A program made the position numbers and the translations under genes. A stretch of 32,000 bases of DNA from Mycobacterium tuberculosis H37Rv (GTDB taxonomy: Bacteria > Actinomycetota > Actinomycetes > Mycobacteriales > Mycobacteriaceae): the NCBI RefSeq assembly GCF_000195955.2, contig NC_000962.3, positions 2,040,001 to 2,072,000 on the forward strand. The letters run 5' to 3'. Shown here piece by piece: positions 1 to 9,917 of the stretch. The notes beneath the pieces are model-generated. The model was not told where the DNA came from. It ran no database searches and saw only the letters and a program-made list of their open reading frames with translations. The number at the start of each line of letters is the position of its first letter. Position 1 is the first letter of the stretch.

Positions 1-1
1 T

Positions 2-1420
2 GATGCCCGTCTGCCGAGCTCGGCCGAGGCACCGATGGGAGTCGTCCGCGCGGTCAACAGCGCGATCGCCGCCAATGCGGCTGCGGCACAAACCGTTGGC
101 CTGGTCATGGGAGGCAGCGGCACGCCAATACCGTCGGCCAGATATGTCGAGCTCGCGAACGCGCTGTACATGAGTGGCAGCGTCCCGGGTGTTATCGCGC
201 AGGCGCTCTTCACGCCCCAAGGGCTCTACCCGGTGGTCGTGATCAAGAACCTCACTTTCGATTCCTCGGTGGCGCAGGGTGCCGTCATTCTCGAAAGTGC
301 GATTCGGCAGCAAATTGCCGCCGGCAACAACGTCACCGTCTTCGGCTACTCGCAGAGCGCCACGATCTCGTCACTAGTGATGGCCAATCTTGCGGCTTCG
401 GCCGACCCGCCGTCTCCAGACGAGCTTTCCTTCACGCTGATCGGCAATCCCAACAACCCCAATGGCGGGGTTGCCACCAGGTTCCCGGGGATCTCCTTTC
501 CAAGCTTGGGCGTGACGGCCACCGGGGCCACTCCGCACAATCTGTACCCGACCAAGATCTACACCATCGAATACGACGGCGTCGCCGACTTTCCGCGGTA
601 CCCGCTCAACTTTGTGTCGACCCTCAACGCCATTGCCGGCACCTACTACGTGCACTCCAACTACTTCATCCTGACGCCGGAACAAATTGACGCAGCGGTT
701 CCGCTGACCAATACGGTCGGTCCCACGATGACCCAGTACTACATCATTCGCACGGAGAACCTGCCGCTGCTAGAGCCACTGCGATCGGTGCCGATCGTGG
801 GGAACCCACTGGCGAACCTGGTTCAACCAAACTTGAAGGTGATTGTTAACCTGGGCTACGGCGACCCGGCCTATGGTTATTCGACCTCGCCGCCCAATGT
901 TGCGACTCCGTTCGGGTTGTTCCCAGAGGTCAGCCCGGTCGTCATCGCCGACGCTCTCGTCGCCGGGACCCAGCAGGGAATCGGCGATTTCGCCTACGAC
1001 GTCAGCCACCTCGAACTGCCGTTGCCGGCAGACGGGTCGACGATGCCAAGCACCGCACCGGGCTCGGGTACGCCGGTCCCCCCGCTCTCGATCGACAGCC
1101 TGATAGACGACCTGCAGGTGGCTAACCGCAACCTCGCCAACACGATTTCGAAGGTGGCCGCGACGAGCTACGCGACGGTGCTCCCAACCGCCGACATCGC
1201 CAATGCGGCGTTGACGATCGTGCCGTCGTACAACATCCACCTTTTTTTGGAGGGCATCCAGCAAGCGCTCAAGGGCGACCCGATGGGACTCGTCAACGCG
1301 GTCGGATACCCACTCGCGGCCGACGTGGCACTGTTCACGGCCGCAGGCGGTCTTCAGCTCTTGATCATCATCAGCGCGGGCCGAACGATTGCCAATGACA
1401 TCTCGGCCATTGTCCCCTGA
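2..1420 (+). CDS. PPE28: PPE28 (Rv1800-like), C-terminal PE-PPE serine-hydrolase-like domain; 5' end truncated by window
   Basis: Open frame runs in from the window edge. FGYSQSA (G-x-S-x) nucleophile-elbow motif and a typical PE-PPE C-terminal domain; gene neighbourhood. Confidence 0.85.
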
Positions 1421-1864
1421 TCGTGTTTTGCGTGAACTTTAAAGCGTTGTGCTGAGGTATGTTCCGCTCGCGTGTGGGGCGGCCCGCGCGACCACCTATG
1501 CATGAGCGCCAATGGTCGAGACAACTACCTGCGCGGTCATCGGGCGGCCACCCAGAGGGCATGGTTCTCGGGCTGCTACTGGCTCGCGTGCTTCCATCGA
1601 GCGTGAATACATGCCGCCAAATCGGCAGTCGGCGCCGCTGGCGTGCCGCTAGCTGATCACAAAGCGCCGATACCGATGCGGCTGGCCATAGCAATGCCAA
1701 TGTTGGCGAATAGATCTCACGCGCGGCCCAAGCCAACAGCGAGGTGATGGTGATCATTCTTTACGTTGCGATTACCTCGCCGGAACGTGACACGAGCAAT
1801 ACTCGCCAACCATGATCGCCAGATATTTGGAACGGGTTTGGGTCCAGCGGCCGCCAAAAACCGA

Positions 1865-1896
1865 CTCGCCGCCGTCCCTGACAACTCAGCGGCGAG
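1865..1896. repeat. 8-bp perfect inverted repeat CTCGCCGC-N16-GCGGCGAG upstream of PPE29
   Basis: Direct reading: arms 1865-1872 and 1889-1896. Confidence 0.6.
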
Positions 1897-2000
1897 AGGT
1901 GAACACGGGTGATTTGTCACTACGGGCCGCTGCGGTTCCTGCGCTGCCAGGGGGCCGCGAGTGCGATTCCGGCGAGCCACGCGATTAGGGATTAAGCGAA

Positions 2001-3272
2001 ATGGATTTCGGGTTGTTACCGCCGGAGATCAACTCAGGCAGGATGTATACGGGGCCGGGGCCGGGGCCCATGCTGGCCGCCGCGACAGCCTGGGACGGGC
2101 TGGCTGTTGAGCTGCACGCAACAGCGGCTGGCTACGCCTCGGAGCTATCGGCTTTGACCGGGGCATGGAGCGGTCCTTCGTCGACGTCCATGGCATCTGC
2201 AGCCGCACCCTATGTGGCATGGATGAGCGCCACCGCAGTGCATGCCGAGCTGGCGGGCGCGCAAGCCAGGTTGGCGATAGCTGCCTATGAAGCTGCGTTC
2301 GCTGCCACCGTGCCTCCGCCGGTGATCGCCGCTAATCGTGCCCAACTGATGGTGTTGATCGCGACGAACATCTTCGGGCAGAACACGCCGGCGATCATGA
2401 TGACTGAGGCCCAATACATGGAAATGTGGGCGCAGGATGCCGCCGCGATGTACGGGTACGCCGGCTCGTCAGCGACCGCCTCGCGAATGACAGCGTTCAC
2501 TGAGCCGCCGCAAACCACTAACCATGGTCAGTTGGGGGCCCAGTCCTCCGCCGTCGCACAAACCGCCGCCACCGCGGCCGGCGGCAACCTGCAATCGGCA
2601 TTCCCGCAGCTGCTCTCCGCGGTTCCCCGCGCCCTGCAAGGCCTGGCATTGCCGACCGCATCACAGTCGGCATCGGCGACGCCGCAGTGGGTTACCGACC
2701 TGGGGAACCTGTCCACCTTCCTGGGCGGGGCGGTCACCGGCCCGTACACCTTTCCCGGGGTATTGCCTCCCTCCGGGGTGCCATACCTGTTAGGCATTCA
2801 GAGCGTCTTGGTAACCCAAAACGGGCAGGGGGTAAGCGCCTTGCTTGGCAAGATCGGGGGGAAACCAATCACCGGAGCGTTGGCTCCGCTGGCCGAATTT
2901 GCTTTGCATACACCAATTTTGGGTTCGGAGGGCTTGGGTGGTGGATCGGTTTCCGCGGGTATTGGCCGGGCAGGCTTGGTCGGAAAGCTATCGGTGCCTC
3001 AGGGCTGGACGGTGGCCGCCCCGGAGATCCCATCGCCGGCGGCGGCGTTGCAGGCGACGCGCCTGGCCGCCGCGCCGATTGCGGCCACCGACGGCGCGGG
3101 TGCGTTGCTCGGTGGCATGGCGCTGTCGGGCTTGGCTGGCCGCGCTGCCGCCGGTTCTACCGGCCACCCCATCGGCAGCGCCGCAGCACCCGCCGTCGGT
3201 GCCGCTGCCGCTGCCGTCGAGGACCTGGCCACCGAAGCCAACATCTTCGTGATACCGGCCATGGACGACTAG
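2001..3272 (+). CDS. PPE29: PPE family protein PPE29 (SVP subfamily)
   Basis: 423-aa ORF; N-terminal [12 protein letters not shown]; GKLSVPQGW motif in the C-terminal half. Confidence 0.95.
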   Translation: MDFGLLPPEINSGRMYTGPGPGPMLAAATAWDGLAVELHATAAGYASELSALTGAWSGPSSTSMASAAAPYVAWMSATAVHAELAGAQARLAIAAYEAAFAATVPPPVIAANRAQLMVLIATNIFGQNTPAIMMTEAQYMEMWAQDAAAMYGYAGSSATASRMTAFTEPPQTTNHGQLGAQSSAVAQTAATAAGGNLQSAFPQLLSAVPRALQGLALPTASQSASATPQWVTDLGNLSTFLGGAVTGPYTFPGVLPPSGVPYLLGIQSVLVTQNGQGVSALLGKIGGKPITGALAPLAEFALHTPILGSEGLGGGSVSAGIGRAGLVGKLSVPQGWTVAAPEIPSPAAALQATRLAAAPIAATDGAGALLGGMALSGLAGRAAAGSTGHPIGSAAAPAVGAAAAAVEDLATEANIFVIPAMDD

Positions 3273-3383
3273 CGCCATGTCACGGGAGAGAAGGTTGTCG
3301 ACACTTTTGCGACCAGCGCCGGTTCGGTATGTGGCCACCGGGGCTGCCAATGGGGTTACGGCCCGTTAAGGAGGGATGCGGTA

Positions 3384-4775
3384 ATGGATTTCGGGGTGTT
3401 ACCACCGGAGATCAATTCCGGGCGCATGTATGCCGGTCCCGGGTCGGGTCCGATGCTGGCCGCGGCAGCGGCCTGGGACGGGCTGGCCACCGAATTACAG
3501 TCCACGGCGGCCGACTATGGCTCGGTGATCTCGGTTCTGACCGGCGTGTGGTCGGGACAGTCGTCGGGGACCATGGCGGCTGCGGCCGCACCGTATGTGG
3601 CGTGGATGTCGGCCACGGCGGCGCTCGCTCGGGAAGCGGCCGCCCAGGCCAGCGCGGCAGCGGCGGCCTACGAGGCAGCGTTTGCAGCCACGGTGCCGCC
3701 GCCGGTCGTCGCGGCCAACCGCGCCGAGCTGGCGGTGTTGGCGGCGACCAACATTTTCGGTCAGAACACCGGTGCGATCGCGGCCGCCGAAGCCCGCTAT
3801 GCGGAAATGTGGGCGCAAGACGCAGCCGCGATGTATGGCTATGCCGGCTCGTCGTCGGTGGCGACCCAGGTGACGCCATTTGCTGCACCGCCGCCGACCA
3901 CCAACGCGGCCGGACTGGCCACCCAAGGCGTTGCGGTTGCCCAGGCTGTCGGCGCGTCGGCCGGCAACGCGCGCTCACTGGTGTCCGAGGTGCTGGAATT
4001 CCTGGCAACGGCCGGGACGAACTACAACAAGACGGTGGCCAGCCTGATGAACGCGGTCACCGGGGTGCCGTACGCATCTTCGGTGTATAACAGCATGCTC
4101 GGGCTTGGCTTCGCTGAGTCAAAAATGGTCCTGCCGGCTAACGACACCGTAATATCGACCATCTTCGGCATGGTGCAGTTCCAGAAGTTCTTCAATCCGG
4201 TGACGCCCTTCAATCCCGATTTGATCCCGAAATCTGCTCTAGGGGCCGGGCTTGGCCTGCGGTCTGCGATCTCGAGTGGTCTGGGCTCGACCGCGCCAGC
4301 GATATCGGCGGGTGCGAGCCAGGCCGGCTCGGTCGGGGGGATGTCGGTGCCGCCGAGCTGGGCAGCGGCCACCCCGGCGATCCGGACGGTTGCCGCTGTG
4401 TTCTCGAGCACCGGACTTCAGGCTGTCCCGGCGGCCGCAATTAGCGAGGGCAGTCTGCTCAGCCAGATGGCCCTGGCGAGTGTGGCCGGAGGGGCCCTTG
4501 GCGGCGCCGCTGCACGCGCCACTGGTGGTTTCCTCGGCGGAGGCCGAGTCACCGCGGTCAAGAAATCTCTCAAGGACAGCGACTCACCGGACAAGCTGCG
4601 GCGGGTGGTCGCGCACATGATGGAGAAGCCCGAATCGGTGCAGCACTGGCACACCGACGAGGACGGGCTCGATGATCTACTCGCGGAATTGAAGAAGAAA
4701 CCGGGCATCCACGCCGTGCACATGGCCGGCGGCAACAAGGCTGAAATTGCACCGACGATATCAGAATCGGGCTAG
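3384..4775 (+). CDS. PPE30: PPE family protein PPE30 (SVP subfamily) with C-terminal extension
   Basis: 463-aa ORF; [12 protein letters not shown] start, GGMSVPPSW motif; upstream aaggaggg Shine-Dalgarno. Confidence 0.95.
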
Positions 4776-4782
4776 GGCAGGG

Positions 4783-4880
4783 TTAGGGCGTGTCTTCCAA
4801 TTGATAGGCCCCGAGGCAGACACGAGTCGCCAGACCGCACCATTGCTTGAGTTGGTTGATGCCCTTGAGATCGGAACCCG
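4783..4880 (-). mobile_element. Probable degraded 3' end of an IS5-type transposase
   Basis: Minus-strand translation ...DLKGINQLKQWCGLATRVCLGAYQLEDTP* resembles the IS5-type C-terminal pattern ERCFNRLKQWRGLATRYDK. The end sequence GGAAGACACGCCC/GGGCGTGTCTTCC resembles an IS terminus. Confidence 0.5.
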
Positions 4881-4922
4881 AATCCCACAGCAGGAGAATT
4901 AGTTTCGTCCCCAGACCGGCGG

Positions 4923-6842
4923 CTACGGCTGCCCGTTCTGCCCAGGCAAACCGATCAATCCGCCCTTGCCGCCTTGGCCCCCGGGTGCGGGTGGGACACC
5001 ATCTCCGCCGTCGCCACCGGTACCGATCAGCAGGGCGGCGTTACCACCGTCACCGCCGGCACCGCCAGTGCCCGCACTGCCGCCGGTTCCGCCGGCCCCA
5101 CCGGTACCGCCACTTCCCCCGGGTCCGCCGTTGCCGATCCCCAGGCCGCTTGCCCCGCCTTGGCCACCATCGCCGCCGTTGCCGCCGTCGTTGCCCGACC
5201 CGCCGACGCCGCCGGCCCCGCCGATGCCGCCGGCCCCGCCGCTACCGAACAGTAGGCCTCCGCTGCCGCCCGCGCCACCGTCGCTGCCGTCACCTCCGGC
5301 TTCCTGAATAATGTTGCCTACTCCGGTCCCACCGGTCGCCCCATTCCCTCCGGCCCCGCCGTTGCCGATCAGAATGGCGGCGCCACCCTGGCCGGCGCTG
5401 CCTTCGAAGCCGGTACCTCCGCCGCTGCCGGCGTTACCACCGTTGCCGCCATTGCCGTATAGCACCCCACCTTGGCCGCCGTCACCCCCTGATGCACCAA
5501 ATTGAATGCTGAGGCTGCCGGCCCCAACGTCACCACCGTTGCCACCGTCACCGCCGTGACCAAACAACCCAAAACCCTGGACACTAATCGGTCCGAAGTT
5601 AACGGCACCTACCCAGCCGCCACCGCCAGCAGAGCCGCCAAAGCCCGCAAATCCGTTGGTGCCTGCGTCACCGCCCTGACCCCCGTTGCCGCCGGACGCG
5701 CCGCTGCCGAACAACCACCCGCCGTTGCCGCCGTCGCCGCCTGAGCCACCGACCCCGCCGCTCCCGCCGAAGATGGTAGTACCCAGCGCAGACCCGGCCG
5801 CTCCATTCCCGCCGTTGCCACCGGCCCCGCCGTTGCCGACTAGGCCCGCGTCACCGCCGTTACCGGCTATCCCGGCCGAACCGCCGGAAGCGCCGTTCAT
5901 GACGCCCGTTTGAGTGGAGTCGGTGCCGCCGCCGGCGCCGCTGTCCCCACCTTGCCCCCCGTTGCCGATCAGCCACCCGCCCTGGGCGCCGTTGCCCCCG
6001 TTGCCTCCTAATCCGCCGCTGCCGGCCGAATCTCCGGCTGTGTCATTAGTGCCTTGTCCTCCCATGCCACCGACCGAGCCGTTGCCGCCGTTGCCGAACA
6101 ACAGTCCACCGCGACCACCCGAACCCCCGTTTCCGCCGGCGCCCCCATCGAAGCCTGCCGACGCACCCCCGGGCGCTGTGGCGTTGCCCCCGTTTCCGCC
6201 GGCCCCACCATGTCCACCGTGACCATAGATCCATCCACCGGCGCCGCCGTTGCCGCCGGACCCGCCCGCTTTCCCGGGTTGACCGGCTGCGCCGTTGGCA
6301 CCCGCCCCGCCCTGGCCGCCATTGCCGCCGCTACCCCATAGCCCAGCCGACCCGCCGTTGCCGCCATTTTGGCCCGTCCCGCCGGACCCGCCGTTGCCAC
6401 CGTTGCCGTATAGCCATCCGCCATCGCCACCGTTTTGCCCGGTTCCTGCGACCCCGTTGGCACCGTTGCCGATAAGCGGACGCCCGGTCAGCGTCTGCAC
6501 GGGTGAATTGATGGCATCGAGGGCGGTTTGGCCCACGATTTGCAATGGTGACGAGTTGGCTGCCTCGGCGCTGGCGTACTGGGCCGCCCCCGCGCTCATG
6601 AGCTGGACGAACTGCTCATGGAATGCGACCGCGTGGGCACTGAGCTCCTGGTATGCCTGCCCGTGCGTTGCGAACAGCGCCGCAATCGCAGCCGACACGT
6701 CGTCAGCGCCCGCAGGCAGTAACGCCGTTATCGGGACCAACGCTTCGGCGTTGGCCCGGCTAATCGCCGAACCAATAGTTGCTAGGTCCTTTGCCGCTGC
6801 ATCGACAAACGCCGGCGCCACGATCATCTGCGACGTCCACAC
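4923..6842 (-). CDS. PE_PGRS32: PE_PGRS32 (Rv1803c-like)
   Basis: PE domain ([29 protein letters not shown]), RPLIGNG linker, then Gly-Gly-Ala/Asn repeats. The GTG start at 6842 gives 639 aa. Confidence 0.93.
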   Translation of the reverse strand: MWTSQMIVAPAFVDAAAKDLATIGSAISRANAEALVPITALLPAGADDVSAAIAALFATHGQAYQELSAHAVAFHEQFVQLMSAGAAQYASAEAANSSPLQIVGQTALDAINSPVQTLTGRPLIGNGANGVAGTGQNGGDGGWLYGNGGNGGSGGTGQNGGNGGSAGLWGSGGNGGQGGAGANGAAGQPGKAGGSGGNGGAGGWIYGHGGHGGAGGNGGNATAPGGASAGFDGGAGGNGGSGGRGGLLFGNGGNGSVGGMGGQGTNDTAGDSAGSGGLGGNGGNGAQGGWLIGNGGQGGDSGAGGGTDSTQTGVMNGASGGSAGIAGNGGDAGLVGNGGAGGNGGNGAAGSALGTTIFGGSGGVGGSGGDGGNGGWLFGSGASGGNGGQGGDAGTNGFAGFGGSAGGGGWVGAVNFGPISVQGFGLFGHGGDGGNGGDVGAGSLSIQFGASGGDGGQGGVLYGNGGNGGNAGSGGGTGFEGSAGQGGAAILIGNGGAGGNGATGGTGVGNIIQEAGGDGSDGGAGGSGGLLFGSGGAGGIGGAGGVGGSGNDGGNGGDGGQGGASGLGIGNGGPGGSGGTGGAGGTGGSAGTGGAGGDGGNAALLIGTGGDGGDGVPPAPGGQGGKGGLIGLPGQNGQP

Positions 6843-7022
6843 CTCCTGGCCGTTGTCGTCGCATGGGGAATCCATACGACCGCCAAAGGAATTTTGGAAC
6901 CGACGCCAACGTTACAGTTTTGCGGACCCGCTATGGGGTGCATTCACCAGATTCACTGGCAACGATGTGAACCCCGTGTCACCCCAAGCGGGGTCAATCC
7001 ACTGATTACTCTCTAGCCCAAA

Positions 7023-7349
7023 CTATTTCGCGCTGACGCTGGTTTTAGTGATCTGGTGGGGGCAATAGACATGCGCGGAGATCGCAGCGAACTTGCAACA
7101 ACCGTCCATCGAAAACCCGGGATTGCGGGTCCGCAGCTCGTTGACGACCTGAAGACCCGATTCGCCGCTTTCGACTAACGCGCATACGGCCTTGCCCGAT
7201 GCTATGGCTTGATCCGGGTGGCTGTAGGTAATGCCTGCCCGCTCTAGCGAGGCAAGAAAGACCGCGTCGTCACCGCTGGGCCCCGCGTGGGCCGGAACCG
7301 CCAAGCCGATCATCAACGGAATGCTGAGTAGCGTTGACACAACTCTCAT
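7023..7349 (-). CDS. DUF732 secreted protein (Rv1804c-like)
   Basis: 108-aa ORF from internal ATG; signal peptide MRVVSTLLSIPLMIGLAVPAHA; DUF732-like GDDAVFLASLERAGITY...CKFAAISAHVYCP. Confidence 0.85.
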   Translation of the reverse strand: MRVVSTLLSIPLMIGLAVPAHAGPSGDDAVFLASLERAGITYSHPDQAIASGKAVCALVESGESGLQVVNELRTRNPGFSMDGCCKFAAISAHVYCPHQITKTSVSAK

Positions 7350-7598
7350 AGACAACGATTCTCCCGGAATTGCGCTTCTCTTGCGGTGCAACCGGTTACC
7401 GCGTCATTCCAATACGTTACGGCTGCGCTAACTTCCCGTCTCAGGGTGTTCGGGTTGCGCTGGACCTGAAGGTCGTCTGCTGACCGGCGTTGTCTGCTCG
7501 CTGGCTAACAGCCGATCTTGATAGCCTCCGGGGCATCGGATGAGTCAAGCCGTTGGGTTGACGCGCGTCGCTACGAGTGTCACGATTACCCTTGCAAG

Positions 7599-7765
7599 CA
7601 CCTCGCTAGGTGAGGCGTCTGCGCGGATATAGGCCACTGACCTCGAACGTCGAAAGACGCCCAGGGTCAGGACAGCTCTTCCCGGCTTAAGGGTTGAGCC
7701 CAAGTGGCTTCCGGCTGGACCGGCCGGATACGCCGTGTGGTGCCAAAGCTCTGACGAGAGGGGTG
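7599..7765 (+). promoter_or_regulatory. M-box (Mg2+-sensing, ykoK-type) riboswitch in the PE20 leader
   Basis: GCTAGGTGAGGCGTCTGCGCGGATATAGGCCACTGACC...AAAGACGCCCAGGGTCA...TGCCAAAGCTCTGACGAGAG matches the M-box conserved cores (GUUAGGUGAGGCUCCU, AUACGCUGCUGCCC, AAAGACGCC, GUGCUAAAGCUCU). A closing helix is possible between CACCTC (7599-) and GAGGGGTG (-7765). Confidence 0.92.
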
Positions 7766-8034
7766 CCGAGTTCGGTGGTCTGCTGGGCTGTCATCCCTTT
7801 GTGCTGTGCATCGGCATCCCCGTGTGCCCCGGCCGTGAGGAGGTGAGAGCGAAATGAGTCCCGGCGATAGTCCGTATCCGAGATCGACGACCGTTTCGTT
7901 CCGATCCGACCCCGGCGCCGTTTTCGCACTCTGAATCGGCCTTCCGGTTCGAAATCCGTTATTTCGCAAGCTCGTTGCTTCGCGGCCTTGTGTGAGTGAC
8001 GTTCACGGGAAGTAGCCACGACAGAAGCGGTCAT
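7687..8034 (-). CDS. Hypothetical ORF (Rv1805c-like), doubtful; antisense to the M-box/PE20 leader
   Basis: 115-aa ORF from internal ATG. No recognisable domain and low-complexity basic composition. Confidence 0.2.
   Translation of the reverse strand: MTASVVATSRERHSHKAAKQRACEITDFEPEGRFRVRKRRRGRIGTKRSSISDTDYRRDSFRSHLLTAGAHGDADAQHKGMTAQQTTELGTPLVRALAPHGVSGRSSRKPLGLNP
7854..7934 (+). CDS. Candidate 26-aa leader peptide MSPGDSPYPRSTTVSFRSDPGAVFAL between the M-box and PE20
   Basis: ATG preceded by gtgaggaggtgagagcgaa (strong SD); in-frame TGA at 7932-7934; Pro codons at positions 3, 7, 9 and 20. Confidence 0.55.
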   Translation: MSPGDSPYPRSTTVSFRSDPGAVFAL

Positions 8035-8071
8035 AGGCCTCCGGGTTCGGTCGTCTGTCAGGAGAAGACCC

Positions 8072-8371
8072 ATGGCGTTTGTTCTTGTCTGTCCAGATGC
8101 GCTGGCCATCGCGGCCGGTCAGTTGCGCCATGTTGGATCGGTGATAGCCGCGCGGAATGCGGTCGCGGCACCGGCAACTGCCGAATTGGCCCCGGCGGCC
8201 GCTGACGAAGTATCAGCTTTGACTGCAACACAATTCAACTTCCATGCCGCCATGTACCAAGCGGTCGGCGCCCAGGCGATCGCCATGAATGAGGCGTTCG
8301 TCGCGATGTTGGGCGCCAGCGCGGATTCTTACGCGGCTACCGAAGCCGCCAACATCATTGCTGTGAGCTAA
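8072..8371 (+). CDS. PE20: PE family protein PE20
   Basis: 99-aa PE domain (MAFVLVCPDALAIAAGQLRHVGSVIAARNAVAAPAT); SD aggagaag. Confidence 0.95.
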   Translation: MAFVLVCPDALAIAAGQLRHVGSVIAARNAVAAPATAELAPAAADEVSALTATQFNFHAAMYQAVGAQAIAMNEAFVAMLGASADSYAATEAANIIAVS

Positions 8372-8385
8372 CGAGGAGATCAACG

Positions 8386-9597
8386 ATGACTGCCGCACTT
8401 GACTTCGCCACGCTACCGCCCGAAATCAACTCGGCGCGTATGTATTCCGGCGCGGGCTCGGCCCCGATGCTGGCCGCAGCGTCAGCCTGGCACGGCTTGT
8501 CCGCAGAACTGCGCGCCAGCGCACTGTCATACAGCTCGGTGCTTTCGACGCTGACCGGTGAAGAATGGCACGGTCCGGCGTCGGCATCGATGACAGCCGC
8601 GGCCGCCCCCTACGTGGCCTGGATGAGCGTCACCGCCGTCCGGGCCGAGCAGGCCGGGGCACAGGCGGAGGCTGCCGCTGCAGCGTACGAAGCCGCGTTC
8701 GCAGCAACGGTGCCCCCGCCGGTCATCGAGGCCAACCGCGCCCAGCTCATGGCGCTGATCGCCACCAATGTGCTAGGCCAAAACGCCCCCGCGATCGCGG
8801 CCACCGAGGCCCAGTACGCCGAAATGTGGTCCCAGGACGCGATGGCCATGTACGGCTACGCCGGCGCCTCGGCAGCCGCTACCCAGCTGACCCCGTTCAC
8901 CGAGCCGGTGCAGACTACCAACGCGTCCGGCCTGGCGGCCCAGTCGGCTGCGATTGCCCACGCCACCGGCGCCTCGGCTGGTGCTCAGCAAACGACGCTG
9001 TCGCAGCTGATCGCCGCCATACCGTCTGTACTGCAAGGACTTTCGTCATCGACTGCAGCCACGTTCGCGTCGGGGCCGTCCGGATTGCTGGGCATTGTCG
9101 GGTCTGGATCTTCCTGGCTCGACAAACTCTGGGCGTTACTGGACCCCAACTCCAATTTCTGGAACACGATAGCTTCGTCCGGACTGTTCTTGCCGAGTAA
9201 CACGATTGCGCCCTTTTTGGGTCTACTCGGCGGCGTGGCAGCTGCGGATGCGGCCGGGGATGTGTTGGGAGAGGCCACCAGTGGCGGGCTCGGTGGCGCG
9301 CTGGTGGCGCCGCTTGGCTCAGCGGGCGGGCTAGGCGGCACTGTCGCGGCCGGCCTGGGCAACGCGGCCACCGTCGGAACCTTGTCGGTGCCGCCGAGCT
9401 GGACGGCGGCCGCACCACTAGCCAGCCCCTTGGGCTCCGCGTTGGGAGGCACACCGATGGTGGCACCGCCCCCAGCAGTGGCGGCCGGCATGCCCGGAAT
9501 GCCTTTCGGCACCATGGGCGGTCAAGGCTTCGGGCGTGCCGTGCCCCAGTATGGCTTCCGCCCCAACTTCGTCGCACGACCGCCCGCCGCCGGGTGA
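8386..9597 (+). CDS. PPE31: PPE family protein PPE31
   Basis: ORF begins 14 bp after the PE20 stop; DFATLPPEINSARMYSG; GTLSVPPSW; SD gaggag. Confidence 0.95.
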   Translation: MTAALDFATLPPEINSARMYSGAGSAPMLAAASAWHGLSAELRASALSYSSVLSTLTGEEWHGPASASMTAAAAPYVAWMSVTAVRAEQAGAQAEAAAAAYEAAFAATVPPPVIEANRAQLMALIATNVLGQNAPAIAATEAQYAEMWSQDAMAMYGYAGASAAATQLTPFTEPVQTTNASGLAAQSAAIAHATGASAGAQQTTLSQLIAAIPSVLQGLSSSTAATFASGPSGLLGIVGSGSSWLDKLWALLDPNSNFWNTIASSGLFLPSNTIAPFLGLLGGVAAADAAGDVLGEATSGGLGGALVAPLGSAGGLGGTVAAGLGNAATVGTLSVPPSWTAAAPLASPLGSALGGTPMVAPPPAVAAGMPGMPFGTMGGQGFGRAVPQYGFRPNFVARPPAAG

Positions 9598-9917
9598 TCC
9601 CGTAGGGGGTGGGTTCCCTGGAAAGCGCCAGGGTCACGATGGCGCAGCCGAATAGCCGACAGTGCTTTTCTCTGCGAATACCGGAGTTGGTCGCGCGAAA
9701 TCATTTCCGTTTAGCGCGTTCACCAGCGCAGGCGGGCCAGGCTCAATAAGCGGAAATTTCTCGGGCGAAGCACCCGTGCAGCAGCGCAAATAGATGGGAT
9801 CGGCAGGACGTAGACATTGGGATATCTGGTGAAGTTCATAAGAGCTTGACCAGTTGGTGGGCAGAACTACGCGAGCGTGATTAGCATGGCGGCCATCGAG
9901 GGGACCGGAGGTCAGGG

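Noticed and set aside
2687-4090. 467-aa ORF spanning the PPE29 3' end and PPE30 5' end
   Set aside because: Out of frame with two well-supported PPE genes; no domain; Gly/Arg-rich GC artefact.
4847-6463. Numerous long ORFs on the + strand and alternative frames over PE_PGRS32 (e.g. 4847-5311, 5914-6222, 6008-6463)
   Set aside because: Antisense or out-of-frame shadows of the GC-rich GGX repeat coding sequence; Pro/Ala-rich mirror translations.
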